A stretch of 64,000 bases of DNA from Macrostomum lignano. Taxonomy: Eukaryota. Positions 37,601 through 47,834 of the stretch are shown here, one piece after another. The first letter of the stretch is position 1. Every line of letters starts with the position of its first letter. The position numbers were made by a program, and so were the translations under genes. The notes beneath the pieces were generated by a model. The model did no database searches. It was not told the DNA's origin and saw nothing but the letters and a program-made list of their open reading frames with translations. Where the stretch lies: NCBI GenBank assembly GCA_002269645.1, contig NIVC01001281.1:62001-126000 (forward strand). Reading direction: 5' to 3'.

Positions 37601-40520
37601 CTTAGCCGTCAGAGACTACATACATGCATACATTACTTTGCGGTATTTGGATATTCTATTCTATTTTTTAGTAGAAAATCTCAAATGATGTTAGAAATTT
37701 TGATTCTATTTCTGTGTTGTAAATTTTTTTTCGAGTATTCCAACGATGTGTACATACAATTAGTACCCAGACAATAATTCGTCCTACTACTCACCAGTAG
37801 TACCAAGGGAAGAAGTCACCCTACTACTCACAAGTAGTACCAAGGCAAGAATTCGCCCTACTACTCACAAGTAGTACCAAGGCAAGAATTCGCCCTACTA
37901 CTCACAAGTAGTACCAAGGCAAGAATTCGCCCTACTACTCACAAGTAGTACCAAGGGAAGAAGTCACCCTACTACTCACAAGTAGTACCAAGAGAAGAAG
38001 TCACCCTACTACTCACAAGTAGTACCTACAAGTAGTAGGGATGAATTCATCCCAGTTATTCGTTCTACTATATCTAGACAAAAGTTTTAGACTGACTACT
38101 CACAATAAGTAGTCAGGCGCGAGGACTAGCCACTCCGTCTCTCACCGACTCCCCGCAGACCTACGTGAAGGCGCTGTTCTCCTACGATCCCCAGTACGAC
38201 GGCTTGATCCCCTGCAAAGAGGCCGGCCTAAAATTCACTGTTGGCGACGTTCTGCAGGTGCTATCGCAGGAGGATCCGAACTGGTGGCAGGCCAGGCGCT
38301 GGGATAACTCCGGCCGGGCCGGCCTGATCCCCTCGCTGACGCTGCAGGAGCGCCGGACCGCCTTCTTGCAGTCCACGCCGGACAAGGACGCCATCAACTA
38401 CAAGGTGATGGGCCTCGGCCTGGCTAAGAAGAAGAAGACGGTTCGAGTTGCCTACAAGGCCAACGTGGCCCAGTCATTTCAGCGGTCCGACCTGACCATC
38501 TACCAGGAGGTGGCTCGGGTGCCGCCGTTTCGTCGCTCCCTGATTCTGTTGCTAGGCGCGCCCGGCGTTGGCAAAGCGTCCCTAATCACCCAGCTGATCA
38601 AGCACCACCCGGAGACCTACGCCAGGCCCATTCCGCACACCAGCCGGCCGCCAAGGCAGGGCGAAGTCAACGGCGAGAGGTACCTGTTCGCCGGGCAGCA
38701 GGAGATGGAGGTGGACGTGCACAAGGGTGCGTATCTGGAATACGGCCAGCTCAACGGCTCCATGTACGGCATCAAGATCGACACACTGCGCTCCATGGCC
38801 AAGCAGGTGCGATGGTCAATGGCTTTTCATAGATTAGCAATCCATTCTAATCGGGTGTGATAGAGATAGATTAGCAATCCATTCTAATCGGGTGTGATAG
38901 AGATAGATTAGCAATCCATTCTAATCGGGTGTGATAGAGATAGATTAGCAATCCATTCTAATCGGGTGTGATAGAGATAGATTAGCAATCCATTATAATC
39001 GGGTATGATAGAGATAGATTAGCAATCCATTCTAATCGCTTGCTAGAGAGATAGATTAGCAATCCATTCTAATCGCTTGCTAGAGAGATAGATTAGCAAT
39101 CCATTCTAATCGCTTGCTATAAGAGATAGATTAGCAATCCATTCTATTCGAATGTGATAGAGATAGATTAGCAATCCATTCTAATCGCTTGCTATAGAGA
39201 TAGATTAGCAATCCATTCTAATCGCTTGCTATAAGAGATAGATTAGCAATCCATTCTATTCGAATGTGATAGAGATAGATTAGAAATCCATTCTAATCGG
39301 GTGTGATAGAGATAGATTAGCAATCCATTCTAATCGCTTGCTAGAGAGATAGATTAGTAATCCATTCTAATCGCTTGCTAGAGAGATAGATTAGCAATCC
39401 ATTCTAATCGCTTGCTAGAGAGATAGATTAGCAATCCATTCTAATCGCTTGCTAGAGAGATAGATTAGCAATCCATTCTAATCGCTTGCTATAAGAGATA
39501 GATTAGCAATCCATTCTATTCTGGTGCTATAGAGATTTATTAGCAATCCATTATAATACAGAACGAACAGCGCTAGACTAGCAATCCATTATAATACAGA
39601 ACGAACAGCGCTAGACTAGCAATCCATTATAATACAGAACGAACAGCGCTAGACTAGCAATCCACTCCCGTCCGCAGGACCGCACTCTGCTAGTTGACTG
39701 CGCGCCGGACCGAGCCCGCCAGGTTTGCACAGCGGAATTCAAGCCGTACGTTGTGTTCATTGCCGCGCCCAGTTTCGACTGCATGAAGTCCATGTACGAG
39801 CTGGGCAGCTCGCTCGGGCTCACTAATAACTTCAAACGGGTGAGTAATTATAAATATACACGGGCCTCTGAAAATTGGAGTAGAAACCAGATATCCAGAA
39901 GTACCTGGTAGATTTTAATGTGTGCTATGCTGCTTCTAGTCTAGGTAATCTAGGGGTCCCTGGTGGATATAGGATTGGTGCTAATCTGCTTTTGATCCAG
40001 CTGGTATCAAGAATGGTTCTTGGTGGATTTAGGATTGGTGCTTTGTCGGTTTCCAGTCCAGGTATCCAGAGAGGTCTCTGGTTGATTTATGATCAGTGCT
40101 GAGTTTGCTTCCAGTCCAGATATCTAGAGAGGTCTCTGGTTGATTTATGATCGGTGCTGAGTCTGCTTCCAGTCCAGGTATCTAGAGAGGTCCCTGGTAG
40201 ATTTATGATTGGTGCTGAGTTTGCTTTCAGTCCACGTGTCCATAGAGGTCGCTGGTTGATATGATTGGTGCTTTGTCTGCTTCCAGTCCAAGTATCTATA
40301 AAAAGCTAATTATTTGCTGATGCAATTCTGTTATAAACTCCAGGACGAAGACTTTCGCAAGTCAATCCAGCAGTCTATTCACATTGAGCGAACCTATCGG
40401 CACCTGTTCGACTCCGTGCTCATCTGCGACAATTTTGACAGCTGCTACGAACAGTTGGAAGCCGTGCTGGAGTCCCTGACCACCGAGCACCAATGGCTGC
40501 CAGTGCATTGGCTGTACTAA
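34695..40520 (+). CDS. MPP6: MAGUK p55 subfamily protein (MPP2/MPP6 type): L27-L27-PDZ-SH3-HOOK-GuK, about 652 aa, 6 exons
   Basis: Exons 34695-34950, 35573-36015, 36965-37237, 38159-38806, 39678-39839 and 40344-40520 total 1959 nt in frame. PDZ LGITV...DVIKEVNG; SH3 YVKALFSYDP...DPNWWQA; GuK LLGAPGVGK, PHTSRPPRQGEVNG; C-terminal QWLPVHWLY. MPP2 and MPP6 cannot be distinguished. Confidence 0.9.
35020..35490. repeat. 20-bp minisatellite in MPP intron 1
   Basis: Units gcgcccagcaagagWcRgtg, partly alternating as a 40-bp higher-order repeat. Confidence 0.88.
36093..36810. repeat. 24-bp minisatellite in MPP intron 2
   Basis: Unit gtgacttgacctccccatctctct, with longer variants at the 5' end. Confidence 0.93.
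37790..38035. repeat. 37-bp minisatellite in MPP intron 3
   Basis: taccaagg recurs with a 37-nt period; each unit has an internal actact/agtagt inverted repeat. Confidence 0.85.
38828..39662. repeat. 37-bp minisatellite in MPP intron 4
   Basis: Unit tagattagcaatccattctaatcgcttgctagagaga and variants. Confidence 0.93.
39900..40290. repeat. ~58-bp degenerate minisatellite in MPP intron 5
   Basis: gcttccagtccaggtatctagagaggtctctggttgatttatgatcggtgctgagt recurs. Confidence 0.8.
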
Positions 40521-42224
40521 TCCTCCCGTAATACCACATTGTAATCCATGTTGATGCTTCATATGTCTGTTTGCGTTTCCAGCTGACCCTTCGCATCCGA
40601 TGGACCTTTTATCCAATGCTTTGCCGAATATAAAGTTATTTACTTAGCTACTGTTATTAGTATATAGTTATATACGAATTGGTGTCTAGCGTTTTCAATA
40701 GTCGGTTCATTGGGCGACTAAAATCAAAGCTTTAGAAGTTCATGACACTTGGTTCTCTGTAATTTATTAGTGCAGGTTGCACTTAAAGACAGTAGACTGT
40801 TTTACTTCACCGTTGAAATAAGCCCAGTGGAAGCGCACTACTTTAAGCGAACTTCATTAAATCTAATTTGTACCAAATGTGAGTAATACGCGTTGTCGCT
40901 CTAAACCTACTGTGAGTAGCAAAGTATCGTGTTTTTTTTTACTTTTTACACCTAAATTTAATGATATACATTCCGCAGTTGCACCATTTTTTCAGACCAC
41001 TGGCTGGCTGTGCATTAGTAGCTAGGGCATGATGATATGCAAACACATTCCAAGTTATGTACTATGGTAAATTAACATTCAGACACCCAATTTATTGCCT
41101 GTATATACAAAATACTTATATCGACCTATTCGCCCACTATATTTAAAAAAATTTATAGCTTTTGAAATGATGTTTTGTTTTATTGTTGCGCGAAACTCAT
41201 TTTTTATTGTACTCGTCTACCTGCATGGGGATTTTATCCCTCGTGTATTTTGAGCGCTTCACTGTGTCTCCTGTCCGACATCCAGCTGCTCTACTCAGCT
41301 GTTCCACTTTGCTCTCGCATCCAGCTCGTACTGTCACTTGATCCGGAGTCGAGTTTATGTTTTTGAGCAGATGAGCAGAAACATAATTGAGAAATAAATG
41401 ACTAGTTGAAATTATCTCTATGTAATTCCGTCATAACAAGCCAATAACAAAGTTTACCATATTGAATATTGGCGCGCAGTATGAAAATTTTAATTTTTTT
41501 CTTAACTTTATTAAGGAAATTTCATGCCCTTGGCCCCGCGTACCAATGAAATGCAGTGCATGTAAGTATAGAGCAGTTCGTGCAACAGGAGTTGCTGCTC
41601 CCCTGAGCAATATTTGCCCACTTCCTTCCTGAACTGGCTGCCAAGGCACTGTGAGCGCATGCTCATACAGGCGGGGAGGGGGCTCATGCCGGCTAGACAC
41701 AGTTGCGGAGAAAAAAGCCTTTATAGATTGAATTGGAAGGCATGAGCAGCTTTGGTGGCGGCATCCGTGCAGCGCTGAACGCTCTGCCAGGTGGTTTTGA
41801 GTTGGGAATGATTTTGATTTGTTTGCTCCGGATAACAGACACCGCGTCGGGGTGGTGGGTGGAGGGTAAGGTAAGGGAGGCCGATATTGCAAATCTCGCG
41901 GCCTCGCTCTCAGGTCGGGGAATCGATTGGTTTTGGTCTATATCGATCGCCACTACAAAACTGCGTTGACGATCGAGTGTTGTCTGAAAGGCCTTGATAA
42001 AGCGGTACAACACGGATTTGAGTGTTTCGAAGTGAAAGGCAGTCAGTGAACTACCGGTAATTACATTCTGTGTACACTGTACTAAAAAATCTGCTTGTAC
42101 GTACAGGTGAAACCGCTTCCGTAAGGCCATTCAAATAATTAATACAGGTAATTATAGCTGTCTGTGAAGAAATCAGATAAATCTTATAATAAGCAGCTCG
42201 ACATTCGTAAACCTCCTGAGACCT

Positions 42225-43085
42225 GTTGGACAGCCATCCTGCAATCAACTTTAACCAGAAGCCCGTCAGGTATAGACAGCCATCCTGCAATCAACTTTAA
42301 CCAGAAGCCCGTCAGGTATAGACAGCCATCCTGCAATCAACTTTAACCAGAAGCCCGTCAGGTATAGACAGCCATCCTGCAATCAATTTTAACCAGAAGC
42401 CCGTCAGGTATAGACAGCCATCCTGCAATCAAATTTAACCAGAAGCCTTTCAGGTAGACAGCCATCCTGCAATCAACTTTAACCAGAAGCCCGTCAGGTA
42501 TAGACAGCCATCCTGCAATCAACTTTAACCAGAAGCCCGTCAGGTAGACAGCCATCCTGCAATCAAATTTAACCAGAAGCCCGTCAGGTATAGACAGCCA
42601 TCCTGCAATCAATTTTAACCAGAAGCCCGTCAGGTATAGACAGCCATCCTGCAATCAAATTTAACCAGAAGCCTTTCAGGTAGACAGCCATCCTGCAATC
42701 AAATTTAACCAGAAGCCCTTCAGGTAGACAGCCATCCTGCAATCAAATTTAACCAGAAGCCCTTCAGGTAGACAGCCATCCTGCAATCAAATTTAACCAG
42801 AAGCCTTTCAGGTAGACAGCCATCCTGCAATCAACTTTAACCAGAAGCCCTTCAGGTATAGACAGCCATCCTGCAATCAAATTTAACCAGAAGCCCTTCA
42901 GGTAGACAGCCATCCTGCAATCAAATTTAACCAGAAGCCCTTCAGGTAGACAGCCATCCTGCAATCAAATTTAACCAGAAACTCGTCGAGACAGCCATCC
43001 TGCAATCAACTTTAACCAGGAACTCGTCAGGTAGACAGCCATCCTGCAATCAACTTTAACCAGAAACCCGTCAAGTAGACGGCTA
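42225..43085. repeat. 44/46-bp minisatellite
   Basis: Unit tagacagccatcctgcaatcaactttaaccagaagcccgtcagg(ta). Confidence 0.92.
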
Positions 43086-43710
43086 TCCTGAAATTGATTG
43101 CAATAAGAACCAGCTAGGGAAAAATTAGACCTAAACGGGCATTTAACGCCAGATAGATAGGCCTTTATATGTCAATGCGTCAATGAATGAATGGTTCGTC
43201 CAGGAAGGTGTCGAATACGTGTAGAATCAAGCAGGCAAAACCTAACACTGACGCAACCAATCAACTCACGCATCTTGGCAGTCGCAACTCAAACCACAGA
43301 TCTACGAGCAAGGGGTTTTCAAACTCCAACGGAGCGTCTTTTCAAACCCGCAATCAAGATCTGAAGCTAGATTGCTCAATCTGCCAACAATGGGCGGCAA
43401 CCAGTCGTGGCTGTCCTGCGACAAGACCTACCCGGAACCGCCTGGCAGCAACGAAGCAAAAGGTCGGGACAACTCGGAATCGGGCAACCTGCTGGTCGCG
43501 GTGATCATGTTCGTGCTGACCATCGTTCTGCTGCTACTTGCCGTGACGGTCGCCAATTGCATCGCAATCTCTCGACGTCGTCGCCGAAGACCTCCGGCAG
43601 CTCATGGACCGCCAGCCGCTTCTGGACAGGAAGCTTCAGGTGGAAGCTACGGAGACAACGCCGACAACGATGAAGACGAAGATGATGACGATGAAGACGA
43701 CTCGTCGGTG

Positions 43711-43801
43711 GCTTGGCAAGATTCTGCACCTCCACGAAGCGTGCCGTCAACACGCGGTGCCAAGCGGGCAACCGGAGCAACCCGGTTGGCAAAGCAGAAT
43801 C
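43711..43801 (+). ncRNA. HDV-like self-cleaving ribozyme at the LINE 5' end, with a hairpin inserted in L3
   Basis: P1 43711-17/43759-65; P2 43720-27/43794-801; P3 43728-30/43756-58; L3 starts UCCACG; P1.1 CC 43732-33/GG 43766-67; P4 43769-75/43782-88; J4/2 GCAAA with C43790. All stems are Watson-Crick perfect. Activity is untested. Confidence 0.85.
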
Positions 43802-46800
43802 GGGGGGGGGGAGAGAGGCCCGTAGCCTCGGCGTAACAGCCGCGGTCTATGGGCAAACCTCCTCGCAACAGAGTGGCTTGGACCTAACCGACCCAGGCAC
43901 CTCTCGAAACAACAGTAAGGTTGAAAGCTTTGCCGAAAGTGAGAGAGAGAGTGAGGAACTGCTGCGGAAAATATCAAAAAAAAACAAAAAAAAGAAGGAG
44001 CATGAAGCGAACAAGGAAGAGAGTAATTGCACGTACCCAGAAAGCAAGGAAAGGCGAAGGGCTGAAATCAGCAGAGCGCTCGAGACCATCGAAAAGAACC
44101 CAGGACCGAGGCGTCCAGCACAAAAGACGGCACGGAAGCTCAGACGAACCACACGACGAAAAAAGGTACGAGATAGGAAAGCGAGAGAGAAGGCCAGGAG
44201 GGCAAATGAGAGGTGGCACAATAACGACATAAAGCTAGCGACGTGGAATATGCGCAGAGCGAACGTAGGAAGCGGAAGGTTCGGCGAGGTCGTTAAGTAC
44301 GCGATAGGAAAGGGATGGGACGTCACCCTCCTATCCGAACTTGACACACCTGGCGTTGGCATCAGAAGCTACCATCACAGAGAAGCAGAGATGCACCTAG
44401 TCCACTCCCAGAAGGTGGGAATGCTTCTGGGAGAAACAGCCTGGACAATGTGGAACGAAACTGGGAGGAAGATGCACCCGATGAAACGAACACTTGCGCT
44501 GGAAATAGGCGGAGTGATCCTGATAGCCGTATACCAACCGGTCAAGAAGGGTAAAGAGTACGAGGAAGAAGTGGATGAGATCCGAGAAGAAATCGAAAGG
44601 ATGCTGAACACCTTTGCAAAGAAGGCTGTACTAATCATCGGTGGAGATTTCAACGCCAGCGTTGGGAGCGGAGTGCACCGTCTCTCGAGCACAGGCCGTT
44701 ATGGAATCGGACCAACGAACCAACAGGGTGAAGACCTACTTCTTTGGCTAGAAAGCCTAGGCCTGGCATGGGCGAGCACCTTCTACAGGCAGAAGAAGCA
44801 AGGCACCTGGCGGAACCCGAGGTCACACCAATGGTACGAGATTGACGGCTTCATCACCAAGAAAGAGCAGAGACACCGGATCATCGGGAGCATCAGGACC
44901 GACCACGATCCGAATCACCATACGAGGTCCGACCACCTACCGAAGGTCATCACCATGAAGAGAAGATTCGCGGAGAGATGCGCGGAACCAACCAGGAAGT
45001 ATCCAAAAAACCAAAAAAACGAAATCGCCTGGGACCGGCTCCGCGATGTCGGCGTACGCGAACTATACAGAAATAAGACGGAGGAAGTGCTAGCTGGAAA
45101 GGGCGAGACCGACTGGGAAACGACGAAACAAACGATGCTTGAAGCCGCGAGAGAAATCTGCGGCCCAAAGACGAGACAGACGAACCCGTGGATGGTAGGG
45201 CACGAAGAAGAGCTGGCAGAACTTAACAAAGAAGTGGAGCACGCCCTGAGCGCCCGCAACCGAGTTAAGAAGTCACCCGAAGGGACCCTAACAGTAGAAG
45301 AGCGGACGGTGGCCTTGACCCGAGCCACACAAGGGCTGAAAGAGAAGCGGGGAAAGCAGAAGAAGAAACTCCAAGAGTGGATGGAACAGTGGTGGATGGA
45401 GATTGCCGAAGAGTGCAAGCGGAACTGCGACACGGGAAACGTGGCTGGGATGTACGACTGTTTGCGGAAGATGGGCAGGAACACAAAGCAAAATGAGAAC
45501 AACAGCAGAACAGTACCACTGTTCACGGCGGAAGACTTCAAGGAACACCTGTCAAAGATCCAGGAGCAACGGTTCGAGAACGACCAGGAGGAAATGCTCA
45601 ATCTAATTAGGTCAGCCCCAAAGCCAAGCGTAGACAAGGCTACGATAGAGGAAGCCAATGACCGGCTGTCCAGACCACTAACAAACAAAGAGATCGACGA
45701 CGAAATCAAAAAGATCAAAGACGGGGCCCCGGGCTTAGACGGCATCCGAATGCGCTACATCACCAGCGCGTGCGCAATGGCCCAAGCGGAGGTCCGGAAA
45801 GTAGTGCACTACATCTGGAACAACCCAGCGGACACCTGGGAGGAGGACCAGAAAGTAGGTGTAATCATGCCACTCCACAAGAAAGGCGATCGGACGAACC
45901 TCAATAATTTCAGAGGGATCTGCCTCCTACCAGTCGCAAGCAGGATACTCGCTCGGATACTGGCGACGAGGCTGAGCTCATGGACGGAGAACATGGGTCT
46001 GCTAGACGACAACCAGTTCGGTTTCCGGAGCGGCCGGTCCACTATGGATGCGACCCAGATCATACTCAGACTGAACGAGGACGCCGAGAAGATCAGAGAG
46101 AGCCCAGAATGGGCAGAGTCGATGGATACCAGCCTAGTCTTGCTAGACCTTAAGAAGGCCTACCCGCGGGTAAACAAGCCGGCTCTTTGGGAACTGCTGA
46201 AACATCAGCACATGCCGGAGCGCACGATAAAAAAGCTGGCAGACCTGCACGAGTACACCGCGTACACGGTACGGTGCGGCGCAGAGACAAGTTCCGAATT
46301 TTACCCACAACGCGGGCTGAGAGAAGGCTGCGCCACATCGCCTATCCTCTTCAACATCTATCACCAGACGGCGATACGGATAGCAAAAGAGAGGCGCATG
46401 GAAAAAGCGAAGAACACCGGGGCCGAATGCGGAATCAAGTGGGTTTGCCGACCGGGCAAATGCTTACCGCCTAAAAAGATGGGAGGTTACAACGAAGAAG
46501 CGGCGGAGATAACAATCACAGAAGTACTGTTCGCTGACGACACCACTATTGTCGGGGGATCCGAGGAAATCGAGCAAGGGACGAGAACCGTCATCGAGAC
46601 CATCGGAATCCTAGAAGAACGGACGAACGATGAGAAGGAAGAGCGAGCTAAGCTAGGAACACCTGAGAGTCAGAACATCCGGATACTGGGCACCTGGATC
46701 GGCAGAAAGCAGGACACCGCCCAGCGGCTGCAGAGAGCTGCCAAAGCGTGGGCGGGAGTCAAATGCATGCTACGCAAAACACGACTAAGCAAACGCACCC

Positions 46801-47834
46801 AAGCTAGGATCATAGAGACCTGTGTTGAGAGCACGATGCTCTTCAATGCAGGCGCCCGGCCCTTCCACAAGTCGGAAATTAAGCGGATGCAGCAGGCAAT
46901 GGACCGTCGTTATCGGTACGTGTGGAGCAGCAAGACCGAACCACCGCTAAAAGAAATGGAGAGAAAAAAAGTGAACATGTGGGACGTGCGGAACGAACTG
47001 CGGGTCCGAAGCATCGGCGCCAAAGTCGAATCGGCCCACTGGCGCAGGCTAGGCCACGTACTCAGACTCCCGGATACCAGCACCGTCAAAAGATGTGTCC
47101 TCGGCTGGAGCAAGAAGCTGACTACCATCAAGAAAGCGCGGAAGAGAAGGCAGACCATCATCTCGGTATGGAGAAAGCTACTGCGCACGGCAGAAATCGA
47201 TGAGCTGGAGGTCGAAAGGCTGGTGACCGATAGAGAGGCTTGGAGAAAGAAGTTACGCATCAGGGAAAGAGCGCTGGAGGAGAGCGAGAGGAAGAAAGGA
47301 AAGAAAGCAGAGACGACTGAGGAAGAAACAGCACAGGAAAGAGAAGCCGGAGAAGTGGAATCGGAGCTGACCGGGTACAGGTGCAATTACGAGAACTGCG
47401 GGAAGGTGTGCGCGTCGAGAGCCGGGTTAGCCGTACACCAACGGAGGATACACCATCAATTTACGAAGACACCGCTGCCGTGCCTAAAGTGCAACGCTAC
47501 CTTCTTCACGGAGGCGACAAGAAAAAACCACCAGAAGAGGTGCGGAGGAGAGGAGCGATCGGCGAAAGAAGTCCACTGCGGAGAGTGCAACAAGTGGATA
47601 AGCAAGTCCAACCACGCACGGCATAGGAAACGGTGCAAGGAGAACGGAAGGAAACCAGAGGCGGGCGCGACACCGGACGAGAGGGCAGAAGAAGCAGCAG
47701 TACCAACGGGGAGAGGCCAGCAGACGACGGGGATTACGGCGCGGATCTACAAGAGCGCCAGAGCTCCGTGCCCGGACTGCGGGAGGATGCTGGCCCGCAC
47801 GAACATGGCCAGACATCGAAAGACCTGCCAGTGA
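43713..47834 (+). CDS. Retrotransposon polyprotein: AP endonuclease, reverse transcriptase and four C-terminal zinc fingers
   Basis: Uninterrupted 1373 codons. APE motifs TWNMR, LLSE, GGDFNA, EIDGF, SDH; RT motifs QFGFRSGRST, LDLKKAY, GLREGCATSPILFN, LFADD. The true start is unknown; the first in-frame ATG is at 44250. Confidence 0.92.
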   Translation: MARFCTSTKRAVNTRCQAGNRSNPVGKAESGGGREARSLGVTAAVYGQTSSQQSGLDLTDPGTSRNNSKVESFAESERESEELLRKISKKNKKKKEHEANKEESNCTYPESKERRRAEISRALETIEKNPGPRRPAQKTARKLRRTTRRKKVRDRKAREKARRANERWHNNDIKLATWNMRRANVGSGRFGEVVKYAIGKGWDVTLLSELDTPGVGIRSYHHREAEMHLVHSQKVGMLLGETAWTMWNETGRKMHPMKRTLALEIGGVILIAVYQPVKKGKEYEEEVDEIREEIERMLNTFAKKAVLIIGGDFNASVGSGVHRLSSTGRYGIGPTNQQGEDLLLWLESLGLAWASTFYRQKKQGTWRNPRSHQWYEIDGFITKKEQRHRIIGSIRTDHDPNHHTRSDHLPKVITMKRRFAERCAEPTRKYPKNQKNEIAWDRLRDVGVRELYRNKTEEVLAGKGETDWETTKQTMLEAAREICGPKTRQTNPWMVGHEEELAELNKEVEHALSARNRVKKSPEGTLTVEERTVALTRATQGLKEKRGKQKKKLQEWMEQWWMEIAEECKRNCDTGNVAGMYDCLRKMGRNTKQNENNSRTVPLFTAEDFKEHLSKIQEQRFENDQEEMLNLIRSAPKPSVDKATIEEANDRLSRPLTNKEIDDEIKKIKDGAPGLDGIRMRYITSACAMAQAEVRKVVHYIWNNPADTWEEDQKVGVIMPLHKKGDRTNLNNFRGICLLPVASRILARILATRLSSWTENMGLLDDNQFGFRSGRSTMDATQIILRLNEDAEKIRESPEWAESMDTSLVLLDLKKAYPRVNKPALWELLKHQHMPERTIKKLADLHEYTAYTVRCGAETSSEFYPQRGLREGCATSPILFNIYHQTAIRIAKERRMEKAKNTGAECGIKWVCRPGKCLPPKKMGGYNEEAAEITITEVLFADDTTIVGGSEEIEQGTRTVIETIGILEERTNDEKEERAKLGTPESQNIRILGTWIGRKQDTAQRLQRAAKAWAGVKCMLRKTRLSKRTQARIIETCVESTMLFNAGARPFHKSEIKRMQQAMDRRYRYVWSSKTEPPLKEMERKKVNMWDVRNELRVRSIGAKVESAHWRRLGHVLRLPDTSTVKRCVLGWSKKLTTIKKARKRRQTIISVWRKLLRTAEIDELEVERLVTDREAWRKKLRIRERALEESERKKGKKAETTEEETAQEREAGEVESELTGYRCNYENCGKVCASRAGLAVHQRRIHHQFTKTPLPCLKCNATFFTEATRKNHQKRCGGEERSAKEVHCGECNKWISKSNHARHRKRCKENGRKPEAGATPDERAEEAAVPTGRGQQTTGITARIYKSARAPCPDCGRMLARTNMARHRKTCQ

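Noticed and set aside
41430-42130. Overlapping minus-strand ORFs of 145-153 aa
   Set aside because: No recognisable domain or consistent splice structure; possibly a transposon relic.
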